Source of the DNA: Paramecium tetraurelia
Lineage: Eukaryota
DNA: 64,000 nt
Direction of reading: 5' to 3'
Assembly: GCA_000165425.1 (NCBI GenBank)
Contig: CT868429.1
Location: 323,337 to 387,336 of the forward strand
The notes under the pieces were generated by a model that was not told the origin of the DNA, made no database searches, and saw only the letters and a list, made by a program, of their open reading frames with translations. Positions 39,885 through 56,540 of the stretch are shown in pieces. The translations under genes were made by a program, and so were the position numbers. Position 1 is the stretch's first letter. Each line of letters begins with the position of its first letter.

Positions 39885-42800
39885 TCATTGATATCTTTTC
39901 AAAATGTTAATTACAGGATCACTTGTCAATTAAAAATGTGGGATCGCAATTAAGGCAAGCTTGATGTTTCTCATTTCTTTGACATTCTGATTTATCCAAA
40001 TTGAGTAAAATATGTGAAAAAATATCAAATAAACCACTATTATTATGTCATAATATAAGAGCAACACATCAAGATGCTTTTCCTTAATCAGAGCAATGTT
40101 ACCGTCAACTATTTCTAAAAATCGTATAAAGCAATAATAAGTGTCTCTAAAGTGAGACAAGACTATTGCATTAAACTCAGAACTATTGATCAATTAATGT
40201 ATCTCTTATGTATTGTTTACATATTATCCATTTGATATTTCATTGGCAAAATTCTATTAATAAAACTATTAAATGGTTGTTACTAAAGTAAGTATGCCGT
40301 GAGCAAAATATTCAGAATTATCATCCTGATCTACATAATTACCATACTTTTAAATAAACTCAGCAGTGTTTTATGTTGCTTTTAATTAGCAAAATGGAAA
40401 ATAATCACTTAAATATATGCAGATATCAGAACTCAATAATCCTTGAATTTCCTCTTGGGAATATTCTAACGATAGATCTTTTATAATATTTTCATACAAC
40501 TTAACAAATGACAAATTAATATCAGCATAAAATTCATCAAACAGCTGTAAAATCACTCCTTCATCTATCAATTCAGTTTCTTAATAAATATTTAAAGACT
40601 TTAACTTTTCAAATAACATTGGTTTAGTTTTAATAATCAAAGCAGCACTAGCCAAATTGTCCAATTTTGAACTAAACAACGCAAAATCATTTAAAAGATT
40701 ACTCAATGGCAAAAGTCTATTTTATTAATCATTAAATATTGCATAGCCTCCCCATAAATAAATTTAGTATATTGAAACAAATACCAATATTTTCAAAAGA
40801 TGAGAAAACAGATTTATTTTTGTCTAAAAGTTTCTTGTATTTTTTTAGTTAGTTTACATTAATTATAGCTTCTAACTAATAGTGATTTTTTCTTTTGGTT
40901 AATAGTAAGTGACATCCTGTTGAAATCCAAAGTTATAATAGTTAAAACGCTTCCAAGAATCCTCTCCACCCTATACGCTAAGTGCAATATAAACTGTATG
41001 AGCTCTTACTTGAAAATATTTGATATATATTTACAAATTTCAGTTTCTATTTCACTATCTTTAATTCTTCCCACAAGCAATGCTAAATTTCTATTTTATT
41101 ATTCAATATTATTCCATTAAATCAATTGCACCAACATTACAAGAAAGATAATTGCAGTGTGAATCAGATGTTCAATAACAAAGATTGTACTTTCAAATTA
41201 CTAGAGGGATGTTGAATTCTCTTTTAATTAACTAAGAAGATTAGAGTCAATATCGATAATCTCTGGTAGATTTTATTCTATCAAAAACATTTTATCAATA
41301 TATTATCTATTAATGTACTCCTTATAATTGCTGTAATCATATGTATTTATCTACACTAAATAATGAACGACTTCTTCCATAAAATAAAGTAATCTGGTGA
41401 ATTCCACTTCCTCGAAATTATCAGCTGAGTATTTTAAATTTATATTCGATAAAGATCCGTCAGACTCCATTTGAATGAATATTGGATATAACTAAGTTAA
41501 ATTGGCAAAAACAAACTGATTCAAAAGTGAAGTTTGGTATAAGCTTTACGATATTGAGTATTAACTATTATTGAGGATATCGTAATCATTTAATATGAAT
41601 ATCCAACTCAATGATAATGTCTTACAAAAATATCGATTAAATCTTAATGGTCCCATAAATTGTTAAGCTTATAATTGAGATTCACGATAATTGGTAATTA
41701 GATGATAGTTTGTAAATCCAAATCCTCCTATACTTATCAAATTTATACAATAGACTATACACCATAGAATTAGGATATTTTTTGGAAGTTAAGATTTTTG
41801 CTTAAATACAATTTGAAAGAAATAGGATTAATTATTAGATACTTTAGAAAGACTACTTGAATTTTGAGATTTATTGGGGTTTTACTCAGGATCTGAGAAA
41901 TTATTAGTTTTGCTGAAAGATTTAATCTTTTTCTCACGCCTTTAATTTTATTTTTTTGAGTCCTCTTCAGACATAAATTCATCCAGAAACTGAGATTCTT
42001 CAGAACTCGAATTTCTGACTTCCTAAACTGATTCCATCTCAGAATTCAGCGCAATCTCTGGTTTAATAAAGCATGCCTTGGGAGTAAAATTTGTGGATGA
42101 TAATTATTAAGTCATTAGGATCTCAGATTAATTCATAGAAACCAGTTATTTTGAATACATCTTCCTCTTAGTGAAAACACTTTATAGAGCTCGTTAATCC
42201 CCATATCTTCTTTTGGATACAATGAAATCTAAATTCAAAATAAATATTACCTTTGAGGTGTCTCAAAGTCGATTTCTTCATAGTTGAATCCACATCTTAT
42301 AAAGCAAACAATTCCGTTGCTATTTCGCCTAAATCATGTTTTCTATAATCAGATATTTACATAATGAAAAATCCATCTGTATTGCCTTTTTAATAATATA
42401 AGGTAAATCTTAAAAAACTTGTTTTTTATTATGTGATCTTAGCATAAAAATTAATTTTATACATTTTGATTGACAAATTCAGATGCAAATTTAGCATACT
42501 CCTCATTTAATAAGTTAATATCTATTGATTAATTCATCTCTTTAGTATTTGATGATGTACTTTATCGATCTTTTATAATTAAATATATTATTACTTGAAA
42601 AAGACTATTTTTTTTTGAGATTCCAAATAGAATACAAATCTCTAAGATGATATTTCAACTGCTGTTAAAAATTTTCATGAAATTCCTTTATATCTGTTTA
42701 GGTTATAAATATAGCATCCTCTTATAAATTAACATTTTCTGATTAATCTTTCTGTCTTTGATAGCATTTCTTAGCAATTTCAAATAAATCTGGAATAAAG

Positions 42801-45022
42801 TAATACAAATAACAGAAACCATATAAAGATTTTAAATCCATTTATGATTCTTCACGGTCTGTAAATAAATCATAGTAAATTTACTTGGTTATCCCTAATA
42901 CTCTTCCATTTTGATCAAATAAAATATAATCATATCTTTTTCCTCCTGAAAAGAAAATTCCTTTAATTACATAATCATCTTCATAGCTGAAATCATTTGC
43001 AAGTTTTAATTGTAAAGGGAAGATAAAATTTTCTTATGACTTTCCAAAAATCATTCTGAATTCTTGAAAGAAAGGAGAATCACCTTTAATTAAAAAGTTT
43101 GAGAGCATTTAATTATGTTTGGAGGCTATAAAATCAGGCATAAGTTAATTTAAATGAAATATATTTTGAAATTCCTCCACTTTTTTGTAATTGAATATCT
43201 AACCCAATTACTACTTATTCGAATTCAAAATGGTTCCTAGACTTTTCACTAAACTTACTGTAACAATAGCTACTTTATCATGTACAAGAGCAATTGAATT
43301 TAATTAGTCTTATTAAAGAGTTTATTCATAACAATAGATTAGATAATATTATTTTTCACATAAAAATGAATGAAGCTAATCATTCATAATGATTGAATAA
43401 TATAATGACAACATTCTCAAGTGATATAAGTTATTAACTTAGGAAATATTTACTTCATAAACATCTCTATTTATAATAAGTTTAAATTTTCTTCTTAATT
43501 TTTCTAATTCATCAGCTAATTTAATAAGTTCTAATTGAAGTTATCTTATTGTCTTAAAGCCTTTAAGCTATTTTCTCCAAATATCTAATTTAGCAGATAA
43601 AGTCTTTCGTAGATTCAGAATCAATTTATCTGATTAAATATCCAAATGAACTAAATTTTCAGATGTTAAATTGGCACTTTAAGTATCTTGTGTGAAAACT
43701 TTTTAGGATTATTATTATTTCATTATTTCCTATCTTAATTTATTAGAGATGTCAATTTATATTAAATTAAAATACCATGACAATTCTGGTTTGTATTTAA
43801 TTTAATAGTGTTTAAGTCTTGCTAAACTTTGTGAATATTGTTTATTTTGGAATCCTAGATATCGTACTTTAAATAAAAATAAGTGCTCATCTTCCTTGGT
43901 TTATACTTGATAGTTTACAATACATCGAATGACGTCTGAGCTATCCAATGACTATTAAATAGTAATTATATATACTTAACATTTCCGACCACAATGGATA
44001 ATATGCTAATTAACCATTCCAATCTAAAGAAGCTATTCAGTCTGTGTTAGTTATGACTCAGCCTAAACTTAAAATTGCCTCAGTACTTTTATCTACAAAT
44101 GTTGATCCTTTTCACTAGATTTAGTAAATGTATCCAATCCCTTAGCATAAAACAATCTTTAATAGCAAGTTTCTCCCAAATAGAAACATATGGATGAAAA
44201 TATGAAGTAATAAATATATTGGGAATATGTCGTTTCTATTATGAGTGATAAATTATTCAAAATCAAATTAATCAAATTGCATCCAAATTTAATTTAATTT
44301 AATGTAAAAATCAATTTACTATCATAAAAACTGTAAGGCATGTATAAATAAATATCAATCTATTCTAAACCTATCCACATTAAGGCTGAGAGCTGTTTTA
44401 ATATTAGTATTTCTTCCTAATCATGATAAAAGTAAAGAATTTGAGTTGCAAATTAAAATATTTGTGACACAATCTTCATTATACTTTAATCTCTGGTATA
44501 GGTTGATTAATTGAAGTTAATATTTCTAAACAAAATACAGGACATCAAAGATAGGGAAAATATTAAACTCACATCGAAGATAGCCCAAATGTAAATTACA
44601 GTATGTGTTTTTGAGTTCAATAGAAAGGAACGAAAAGTGGATGAAACAAATATAAAACACATAATTTAAGGTAAAAGTGCTAAATACCCATTTAAAATCT
44701 TCATCAAATTTCTAAATGTTCTTTTCAAATAAACTATTTACAGCATGAATAACAGAAATACTATGAAGTTAAAGAAAGTAGTAATATATCCAATGTAATC
44801 AGGCAACAAGTCGATATCTAAAATCGATAACTTAAGAATTTGAAAAAAAATTGAAAAGTGACCATCCTTCTTTTGATTATTGTTATTGATTTCTTGTAAG
44901 GTGATTGCGAGATATTATAGAAATTAAAGCATCCGAACAAACAATATGAAGGAGTATGATTAATCAAAGCAAACGCTTTCATCGTTTAATTGTTTGCTAA
45001 GATTATTTTTTATTTTTTACAT
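39885..45022 (-). CDS. Large multi-pass membrane PAS-domain protein (TmcB/TmcC-like ciliate family), paralogue 1
   Basis: N-terminal TM bundle, helical region, PAS GTILNSNKQQLGQIFNY...LNQLMPDFIASKHNQMLSNF (about 43000-43280), further TM pairs, ends KLALIAIPHFQLTSDPVINILKRYQ. Confidence 0.8.
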
Positions 45023-45138
45023 ATTATATTATTTTCATTAACTTTTTAATATATAGAAATGTTAATTAACGAACTTACACTCATAAGCAATGTTTCGATG
45101 ATTATGAAATCTAGAAGATTTAGAATCAATTTATTACC

Positions 45139-47121
45139 ATGATATATTTCATACACATAAAACCAAAAATTATGAAACTAATTATATAATAATTTATAGA
45201 CATAATGAAAACAAAAGAAATAAGGAAAAGAGAGGATATTTTAATAAAGCTTAAAATCAAGTATACTAATATCGAAGATTTAAATAATCAAGTATTTGAG
45301 GAGTTTTTTTTTAATAAATTAAAAGAATTTTGTTTTTCAACACGCAATTATGAGTTGTGTCCAATGATTTAGCAAACTATCAAAAGAAACCCATTTTAAT
45401 AACAACTAAATTATTTTAAAGAAGTGCATGATTAAAAAATTATTAAAAGAGAAACCAAAATCCAATATTTTTAAGATAAACTCATCTAACTTCTAAAATC
45501 CAATAGAGTTGTTCCCAAAATTTTGACTTCAATCAAAGTAAAAGATAATTCCATTAAATTAAAAAATCGCAATCCCCCTTTACTTGATGATATTCATAAA
45601 GCCTATGAAAATGATGAATATATAGTGGATGAAATCAATTAAGATATGCAAGAGAAGGATTATGACGATCTACCAATAGATAAATTGATTTTGTTATCCT
45701 TAAAAAAATTAGAATAAAACATTGATAAATATTGTAGCCCAAATTTCCTTTGCTATCAAGAAGTTGCATAAATTAAAGATACATATCAAAAAATGGGCAG
45801 TATTGATTTGAAATCAAATAAAAATTATGAGGAAATCTACATTACTTATGGCAAGTTTGTTAATAAATTGAATTAAATTGTAACTGGATTTGACAATGAA
45901 GACTTCTTCAGAGTGGTTGGACCATTAAAGAACATAATTTTAAGGAAGATTGGTAAAATAGTTTTGTCCGAATTGGTTAAAAGTTAAATAGCCTTGCCAA
46001 AAATATTAACTCAAATTTCATTATTACATGATAATGAGTAAAGTAATTTTGGATAAAAAAGAGCCTTTGAAATAAGATTTACCCATGATTTCTTAGATTA
46101 AATACTAACCATGCCTGAAGTTAAAGACTTTATAGAAGTCTTCAATTTCCCTTATTTGCAGAGATGCACAACTTGGAGAGCGATTAAAAATTACTACTTT
46201 TAAGTTATAGCTACTAATTTTAAAGAATAGGAGAATCAAACAGAAAATGAAATATTATCCTTTTAGCTTTAAGAAATCTATGAAAATATTCACGTCCATT
46301 CTGAAGAGCTTAGAAAACTATCCAGATTTAGTACAGTAGCCAAAATGTTTATACAGGTTGAACAAAGGTTAAATTATTTAGTAGACAAAAAAGTGATTAT
46401 AGATGATTATGATGAGGAAACTAAGGAATTCTTATTGATTGCTTATTAATTGTTAAAGATCAAGGCAGCTATAAATGCAAAGGTAAATAAATAAAATGGA
46501 GATATAATATTAGATGAACCAATAAAAAAGAAAAAACCATACCAGAAAAGAGAAATCAAAGATAAAAAAGATTTAGATAAAATTAATTAAAAGTATAGAA
46601 CTATGACATTAATGCTTGCTAATCAAAGAAGAAAGATCTCATATCTATTAAAATACTTTATACAAACCTTGAATTCTGGAAATTAACCTTATCCTTTCAT
46701 CTTAGGAATAATGGAATGGAAGAGATTTAATATTAGAGCAACAATTAATTAATAATCATTAGACTTCTTAGTGATGGATGCTGTATTTATGAAATTTATG
46801 CATGATGAATACAAAATCGATATAAGTTCTGGAACCTCTTAAGAGAGAATTGATAAAATTATTAATGAACCTTATTCAGAGTATGTTAAGAAGACTGATT
46901 CCTAGACTTTGGGTAGTTGGACTCAATTACTAGCAAAATAGGCACGTTTAGTGAATGAACAAAAAGAATTAATCAGTTTGTAAATAAGGAAAATTCTGAA
47001 TAGCAATAATTTTAATAAGGAAGTAGATAATCTTGTTTAATCAGGATAAACAAGTACAATTTACACATAATTAATTTCAGATTTAATCAAAATCAGAGAA
47101 TTTGTAAATCAGCTATATTGA
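45139..47121 (+). CDS. Hypothetical protein, at least 660 aa (true start may lie slightly upstream)
   Basis: Uninterrupted 1983-nt code-6 frame ending FVNQLY-TGA; basic PIKKKKP patch; no domain recognised. Confidence 0.7.
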
Positions 47122-47229
47122 AAATGTTATATATATATATACATACATTTATGAAAGTAAAATACTTCATCATTTTTGTTATTTTTTATATAAATTCAAA
47201 ATAAATAAAAATTAATATAAAAATCGTTA

Positions 47230-49198
<1,969 letters not shown>

Positions 49199-49371
49199 AC
49201 TTATTTTATATTTATTATATTTCAAATTTTTATAAACACCATAATTAGATAGGTAGTAATAGGGATTCTTGTATTATCTTAAAGTGAATAAAGTGGTTGT
49301 TTTCCATGTTATAAGTATTTAAATTAAAAAGCTAGTTTTACTATAAATATATATATTTTCAAATTTTAATA

Positions 49372-49881
49372 ATGTAGGAGTTAACAGAACTTAAGAACTT
49401 AGTTATACAATCTCTTGAGGCTAATGGATCTCTTGCCAAGATTAGAGCTTAGATAAGAGCTTCAGTCTTTAATGTAGTTGATTAACAGGAAGGCAATAAT
49501 AAAAAACCATCTCCATTTTTTTGGGAAAATAATAAGGCTTAAACAATTTACGAATTAGGATGTGGAAGAGACATGCTAGAATTAATAAAAGAGTTTTTAT
49601 TATTTTTTGAAATGCACTACACCACCTCCATTTTTTCAAGGTATTATCTAATCTATACAATAATAGCGAAAGCAATTTAAGAGAAGATATAAATCGTGAT
49701 TAGATTGCCAAAAAGTTGAATATAGACGCTACTGATTCTACAAAGCCATTGCTATACTTTTTGTTAAAAAATAGATAACCTGAAAAAAAATCGTAATTTT
49801 AAATTTATTTTATTTTAGAGAAGAAAAGCAATAGCAATAAAAAATTGCATAGCCATCACCCAAAGAAATTTAAATATAGCA

Positions 49882-49921
<40 letters not shown>

Positions 49922-50574
49922 TTGCAAGATCAAAAGGTTCAAGAATAAAAAAGATAAGATGAAATTAAAAAATAAGAGGAATTAAAAAAGTAAGAAGAAC
50001 AAAGAAAGCATGAAGAATATAGAAAATAAGATGAATTAAGAAGATAACAATAACAATAAGAAGAGTAGAAAAAACTTGAAGAATAAAAAAAAGAATAATA
50101 AAGAAAACAATAGGAGGACCAAAGAAAAATGGAAGAACTTAAGAAATAATAAGAACAATAAAAATTAGAATAATAGAAGTAAGAATAGCAAAGATAAGAA
50201 TAATAAAAGTAAGATTAATAAAGAAAAGAATAAGAAAAGGTGAAAGAGTAATAAAAATAATAGGAATTACTTAAACAATAATAAGAAAGAGAAAAACAAG
50301 AAGCAGAACAAAGGAAAGGTTAAGCTAAGAAATTTGAACATAAAAATTATGAGGATGAAAAGTTTGATAATGATGATATGGAAGAATAATTAGAGGGAGA
50401 CGTATCAATATTATATAATCAAAGGATTTAAGAGATTCTTAATTGTAATAAGATTAGTTTTAAGACTCCGATGAATACATGTAATAATCGCAATCATAAG
50501 GAATTGACATGACTATTGATTCTGCTGCATTAGAAGAGTTTGATTATTATGAAGATATCGAAGATATGGATTGA
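49372..50574 (+). CDS. FOP: FOP/FGFR1OP (CEP43, TON1-like) basal-body protein
   Basis: ELKNLVIQSLEANGSLAKIRAQIRASVF, LisH LELIKEFLLFFEMHYTTSIF, KPLL motif, C-terminal DMTIDSAALEEFDYYE. Confidence 0.9.
49883..49918 (+). repeat. (TAA)12 microsatellite encoding polyglutamine inside the FOP gene
   Basis: Twelve consecutive in-frame TAA codons preceded by TAG CAG. Confidence 0.9.
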
Positions 50575-50907
50575 ATTAAGATTGATTATCATAAATATAA
50601 TAAATTCTTTGTAATTCCTTAGGATTAATATTCTCTTTTATCTCTACACATTTTTTTAGATAATTAAATGATGTTAATTGGAATTTAAACATATAAATTT
50701 CCCAATTTGATTGTTAATATTTTTCCCTATCATAATTCTATTAAAAATAGCAAAATATGATTTGAATGATATTATTCTAAATAAAATAAATACAAAATAT
50801 TTACAGGTCTTTGTGAAAGTATAATGACTCATTTATGAGGTTATTAATATTTTTAAATTAGACTAATTTAAATAATTATATAGATTAAAATGTAGAAAAT
50901 ATAAAAA

Positions 50908-50980
50908 TGGGAACAATGGGGATCGAACCCATGACATTAAGATCTTCAGTCTTACGCTCTCCCAACTGAGCTATACTCCC
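50908..50980 (-). tRNA. trnF-GAA: tRNA-Phe(GAA), copy 2, identical to copy 1
   Basis: Reverse complement matches 34862-34934 at all 73 positions; followed by a TTTTT terminator on the minus strand. Confidence 0.98.
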
Positions 50981-51895
50981 AAAGTTAATATAATTATACT
51001 ATATTTCGAAAAGTACGATTTTTGTATTCAATCCATCCAATATTTTATGCAATATACTTCTTATTAATTATAATTATAATTAAGTTTATGTGTATTTACT
51101 TAACAAAAGAGGGAGTCTTCTTGATTCAACTTGAATGTACATTTTAATTCTGTTTCAAATTCCTTAAAGTTTTAATTTAATAATCAAATTATGCTTATTT
51201 AGAATTAGACAATCTTTTGATTTATAAAAAAATTCAAGTTTTAAAAATACAAAACAAAAATAAGTAAAATACAATATATGAAAAAAAAATAACATTAATT
51301 TTAATCACTTATCTAAATTTCTTTATAAGTATGGGTGAATGTAAATAAGAAGAATTTAGTTTAACCACATAAAAAATTTAATTTTTAGCCTTAATTTTAA
51401 GAATATATCAACTTGAATTACTTAAATATGAGTTTTAAGGATAATATTGTGTAAATTTGTCTAGCTTACTCTTTACTCAAAATTATAATGTTCCTTTGAT
51501 TTTACGAAGAAATTCTTTAAAATCAAGTGATTGTGGTTCGAATGAGCATGATTTCATATAAAATGAGATTTATTTAAAAAGAACTCATTTATTTAAATTT
51601 GTTAAGCCTGTAATTTACAATTAATATATTTAGATTATGTCATTATTTTCATCTAATTTTAATTATTCAATATTTTAATTAAAAATTTAGGTAAATAAAT
51701 AGATAATAATTATAGTATTTGAATTGGCAAATTCAAAAATAAATGATATAGATTTTATATATTATATATCGATAATGTAATCACGAATAATATAACACCA
51801 TATATTTGGCAAATTTTATGTAAATTAAGTAATTATAATATAAATATTTCTCATATTTTTATGTTTACATTAGCAAATCTTTATATCTAAATTTG

Positions 51896-54800
51896 ATGTA
51901 AAGTTATGAAGAATTATTATCAAAATTGTAAATTTATGAGATTTACTTTTTTAAATTTGGTTTAGTTTCTTTCACTTTAGATGAGAAGCAATATGAAATT
52001 TGTGAAGCTATTTGTTGGTATCGAATTTACATAAAATATTGCTCTATCTTTACCAAAACATGGCTGGGGATAATTATAATATGAGGACAAAATGCTTAAA
52101 GCAATTTCATAATTTACTAACTATACTCTATTTTTAGATTAAGCTGACAGTTAATATTCATTTGATGTTTTTATCATCTTCTTCTCCTTTTTATCATACA
52201 TTGCTTTGCTTTTTTCTGTAATGTGTCATTAGAAAGATGCTATCAGATATTGTATAAACTACACTTTAACCATTTTGAATAAAGTACTCAAGCTCCCACT
52301 TATAGCTATTTATATTGAATTTTTGTTTTACCACTCAGAAAATGTAGGGTATTTTGTGATAGGATGTTTTACATTTGCAATATTTTTGGTGTTGTTAGGT
52401 TTGATTACATATTTTTAGAGAGACATTTAATGCAATTTTAACAGATTGAATGTTCCAATTTATCATTTTTATTCTCCTGTTTTATTTATCATACATCTTC
52501 TGGATATATTTAGAGTTTTAGTATTTACAATATTAAAAACAAACACTGGATAAATCGTATTTTAACTGTTAACTATAATGAGAATGATATTGAAACAACA
52601 TCAAAATATATTTGAATAAAATGATTAAGATAAATCTAATTAAAGTCTAATATTATGCAATTTATTTATTTCTATATTTCTCCTTGTTGGAATAAGTACA
52701 TAAATAAATGAAACATCTATTTTTAATATATTGCTTTATTCATCCACTCTCATATACCATTTATTTACTTAAATTAACTTCGCTTAGATATTTTACTCCA
52801 GTAGTTTACAATACTTAATTCATCAAAAAATGGTCGAAAAAAAAATATTTGTTTGTGCATTAAGTTGCAATCTTGATAACAATTATATATAAAACCTATT
52901 TGAGATCTGCTTGCAAGATGAGATTAATAATTATACATCCAACCTTATCTCACCTAAATATTAATCTATATTTTAAAAGGAGGACAATATATTAATATTA
53001 TTTGACTTTTTAGTCAAACATTCATAAAGATATTACTTAGCATTAAATCTTCTTTATAAGTTTGAGAGCACCCAAACTAATTAATCCTATTTTTATAAGT
53101 AGATTAGTGCATTTTTGAAGTATAAAGTTTAAAAAGAAATGGTGCAATTCAATCAATTTACAAAAACAATTGAAAATTTAAATATGAATAAACTAATTGA
53201 AGCAGAATATGAAAAAAAGACTTTAGAGGTTTTTTAAAAATAAATAGAATTTCTTAAGTATCTAATATAGGGAGCTTAATCTTTTAATGAAATAGAGAAG
53301 CATATTATCGGCATATCTGAAACCATTTAGGGAATAAAATTATGGTTAAAGAAAAACAACATTTATAAAAACAGAGATAATTCTCTCTTTCTAAAGATTT
53401 CCATTAATTTCAATATTTAAATAATGTAAAATCTTATATAAGGGATTAAATTAAATAAAATTTTGAATTAATTATTGACAACAGACAGCAAAACTATTAG
53501 TTACACAGAAATTTCTAAAGAAGACTCTATTATAGTACCAGTAAGTATAATTAATAAAAGAGGCTCTATATTAAATTCTAACAGTCAAACAAACTAGTTT
53601 TTTGGTTTTTCCAGTAAGAATACTAAATTAGAAACTATTGAATAGCTTATGCCAAAAGCAATTAAGTCAATTCATAATGAATTTTTAGAAGGTTTTATTA
53701 ATAGAGTGCATATCTTGTCAAATAGCTAATAATCTTAATTATAAGTACTATAAAAACAAGAAAACGAATATATTTAATGTCTATAAATTCACTTTATATT
53801 AAGTAATGATTTCTCAGATTTTATTTTATTATCATTAATAAAAAAAGTTAATAAAAATAAAGTTTTTATTGTATTTGATAATTCTGGATAAATTACAGGT
53901 ATGAGTTAGCATTTAAAGAATTATTGGCCAGAAATCTTCTAATAAATGTAGTTCTATAATTTGATATAGTATTATTGTCCAAAATTATTTGAATTGCTTT
54001 CAAGTTAGAACTCTTCTCAGATATTTGATATAAATTTTATATAAAGATCTAAGATATAAAAAATAGATATGTCATTCAAAAGCTTTATAAGACAAGAAAC
54101 CAATTTGTTAAAATCCTCTTATTACGTGGACAATATTTATTCAGAGAGATCTGATTAAATGCAGTTACTGAATTCGAAATATTAGAATATAGAGTAGGAT
54201 ACATTAAACTTTAATATATTAGATGTTTTTTATCAAAACTATTTAAATTCAATAATGAATATTCATGCAGTATTTATTTGATCTTAATTTTTAGACAGAA
54301 AGTGATGTAATCTTTCCTGCAAAAGGATTGATAAAGAAAGTTCAATTAAAAGATGAAATAATCTAATATCAATTAGAACTACACTTTAATGAGATATCAT
54401 CAAAAAATGAAAAAGTTGAAACAATCAGTGATTCCAAGAGAAAGATGGAACCATAAAAAACTAAATCATTAATTGAAGGAAGTGAGTTTGGAACAGAATT
54501 AAAAGCTGCTTTCCTCCTTCATCAAGTATTGTTAAAATAAACTAGTAGTGTGCCGTTTATAAAAATATACTTTTACAAATTTATTGTAATTTTACTGATC
54601 ATTATATTTTTAATTTTGCAAATCTATTAAAGTCAAAATGATGGCTAGACTAAAATTAAATTAACACAATACATTTATGCTCCTTAATTAATGGCTAAGG
54701 TATACAATGATGCATTTTAATTGGGATTTCATAAATTAATTTTTTAAAATTTGGAGACTTCATAATTTTTATAAAATGCTTTTATTACCTAATTAGATTA

Positions 54801-56379
54801 TAAGTTATCTTAGATTAGAGAGGAATATGATTTTTTACACACTGAATTAATCAAGATCGATGCAATAAAACATGAAATTTCATATTCTTTAGATATATTA
54901 TAAAGCAGAATACAACTTACTAGTATTGCTACTTTTTCAGAAAAAATTAGAGAAAATATGATACCTTTAATTACATATTCAGCAGATCAAATTCAGTTTA
55001 TTAAGTCTATTCTCTTCTTTAGAATGAACATAGTATAGGCATACAATATCAGCATCGATATTTTAGACACATTTAGTATCTAATTGGCAACTTACTAAAC
55101 TAATATTATGGAATTTTGGAATAGCATACTTGCTGTCTAACTTATCTTATTTATTATCCCTTTCCTAATAAATATCAATAATTGGTTTAAATTTGAAAAA
55201 AGACAGAAATGTATTATATAAATAATAACTAAAATAAATGAAGACTAAGCTTATCAATTAATTGATTAGAAGCTGTGTTTTATAAAGTCAGCCATATAAG
55301 AAAAAGGAAACATGATCAATACTCTCAAATAAAGCCTATTATCATTAAAAACTTCTAATTTAAAGGACTTTATACCTCAATCTTAAAATTCAATCAAACA
55401 AAGATAAACATAAACACTGTATGAAAAGATCTCCAATAAATAAATAAGTATTATACCAAAATTGAGTGTGAGCATTATTAGCTACCTATTAATAGCATTC
55501 TTAGTGGGCTTTGGATATTTGCAAACCAAATTAAGTGACTAAACATACTAACCTATAGAATAGTTAATTAAAACGTATGTTAAATTTCAAGCCCAATTAA
55601 GTTATTTAATTTCTTTTGCATCTATAATGAAAGGATAACAAGAATTGTTAAATATTATTCAAGACATACATGATGCTGAATTAGGAAATATAAATACATT
55701 ATTTTAAGATGATTAAGTTCCTTAGAGTTTTCACAATTTATCTTAAACATATTCGAAAAAAGTTATAACCTTATTTTCTACCATCATTTTGACAAATCAA
55801 ATAGATTAAAAAGATAAAGAAATTCTTTATGATCTTTACTAGGGCGATTTTTGTAATTATTTGCAAGAATCAATAAAGTTTTGTAATACAAATCTAACTT
55901 AATCAAAATTTGAAAAGGAATATGGGCAATTTTATGGATATGAAAATAATTCTGATGTTTTGAGAACAGGTATCATTGGTTTTATTAGCAAATTGGATTC
56001 ATTATTGAAAAATAATTTTGATTTGGAAATCTCAAAATCTATTTACGATTAAAATCCATCTGGCCCTTTTTACTACTTTAAAGACTATAATAATCTCATA
56101 GTGTAATTTCCACTTAATATTTCTGAAGGTTTCAATCAATTTTATGAAGAAGTAAACTACATATCATCAAATCTAATAACAAAGACTATGGATAGTTTAT
56201 TCATTTTTTACATTTGTTTTGGTATATTCATCTTGGTTATTTACTTGATAATATCTAGTATTCAAATTAGATACTCATAAAGAAGATATAAAAGATGTAT
56301 TCTAGGCCTAGTCATGTTATCAGAGGATCTTTTGAATGACAAAACTAGTTTGTATTTGTTAAAGAAATTGATGAATTGA
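51896..56379 (+). CDS. Large multi-pass membrane PAS-domain protein (TmcB/TmcC-like), paralogue 2
   Basis: N-terminal TM bundle; PAS GSILNSNSQTNQFFGF...IEQLMPKAIKSIHNEFLEGF (about 53560-53700); later TM pairs; ends ILGLVMLSEDLLNDKTSLYLLKKLMN. Confidence 0.8.
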
Positions 56380-56540
56380 ATCTATTTATGTGAAAAAATA
56401 AATAAATTTTAATATTATTATAAAATTTGAAGTATTACAATCTTTATAAGAAGGTATAATTAGATAATGAGTAAAATTTTATAAAGCAATAAAACGAGAT
56501 TGGATTATAAAATATAATGATGAAAAAATTGTTTTTATTT

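Noticed and set aside
51331..51909. About 190-codon plus-strand frame starting ATGGGTGAATGT
   Set aside because: Intergenic-like composition, I/F/Q/N-biased translation, no domain, and it overlaps the start of the PAS gene out of frame
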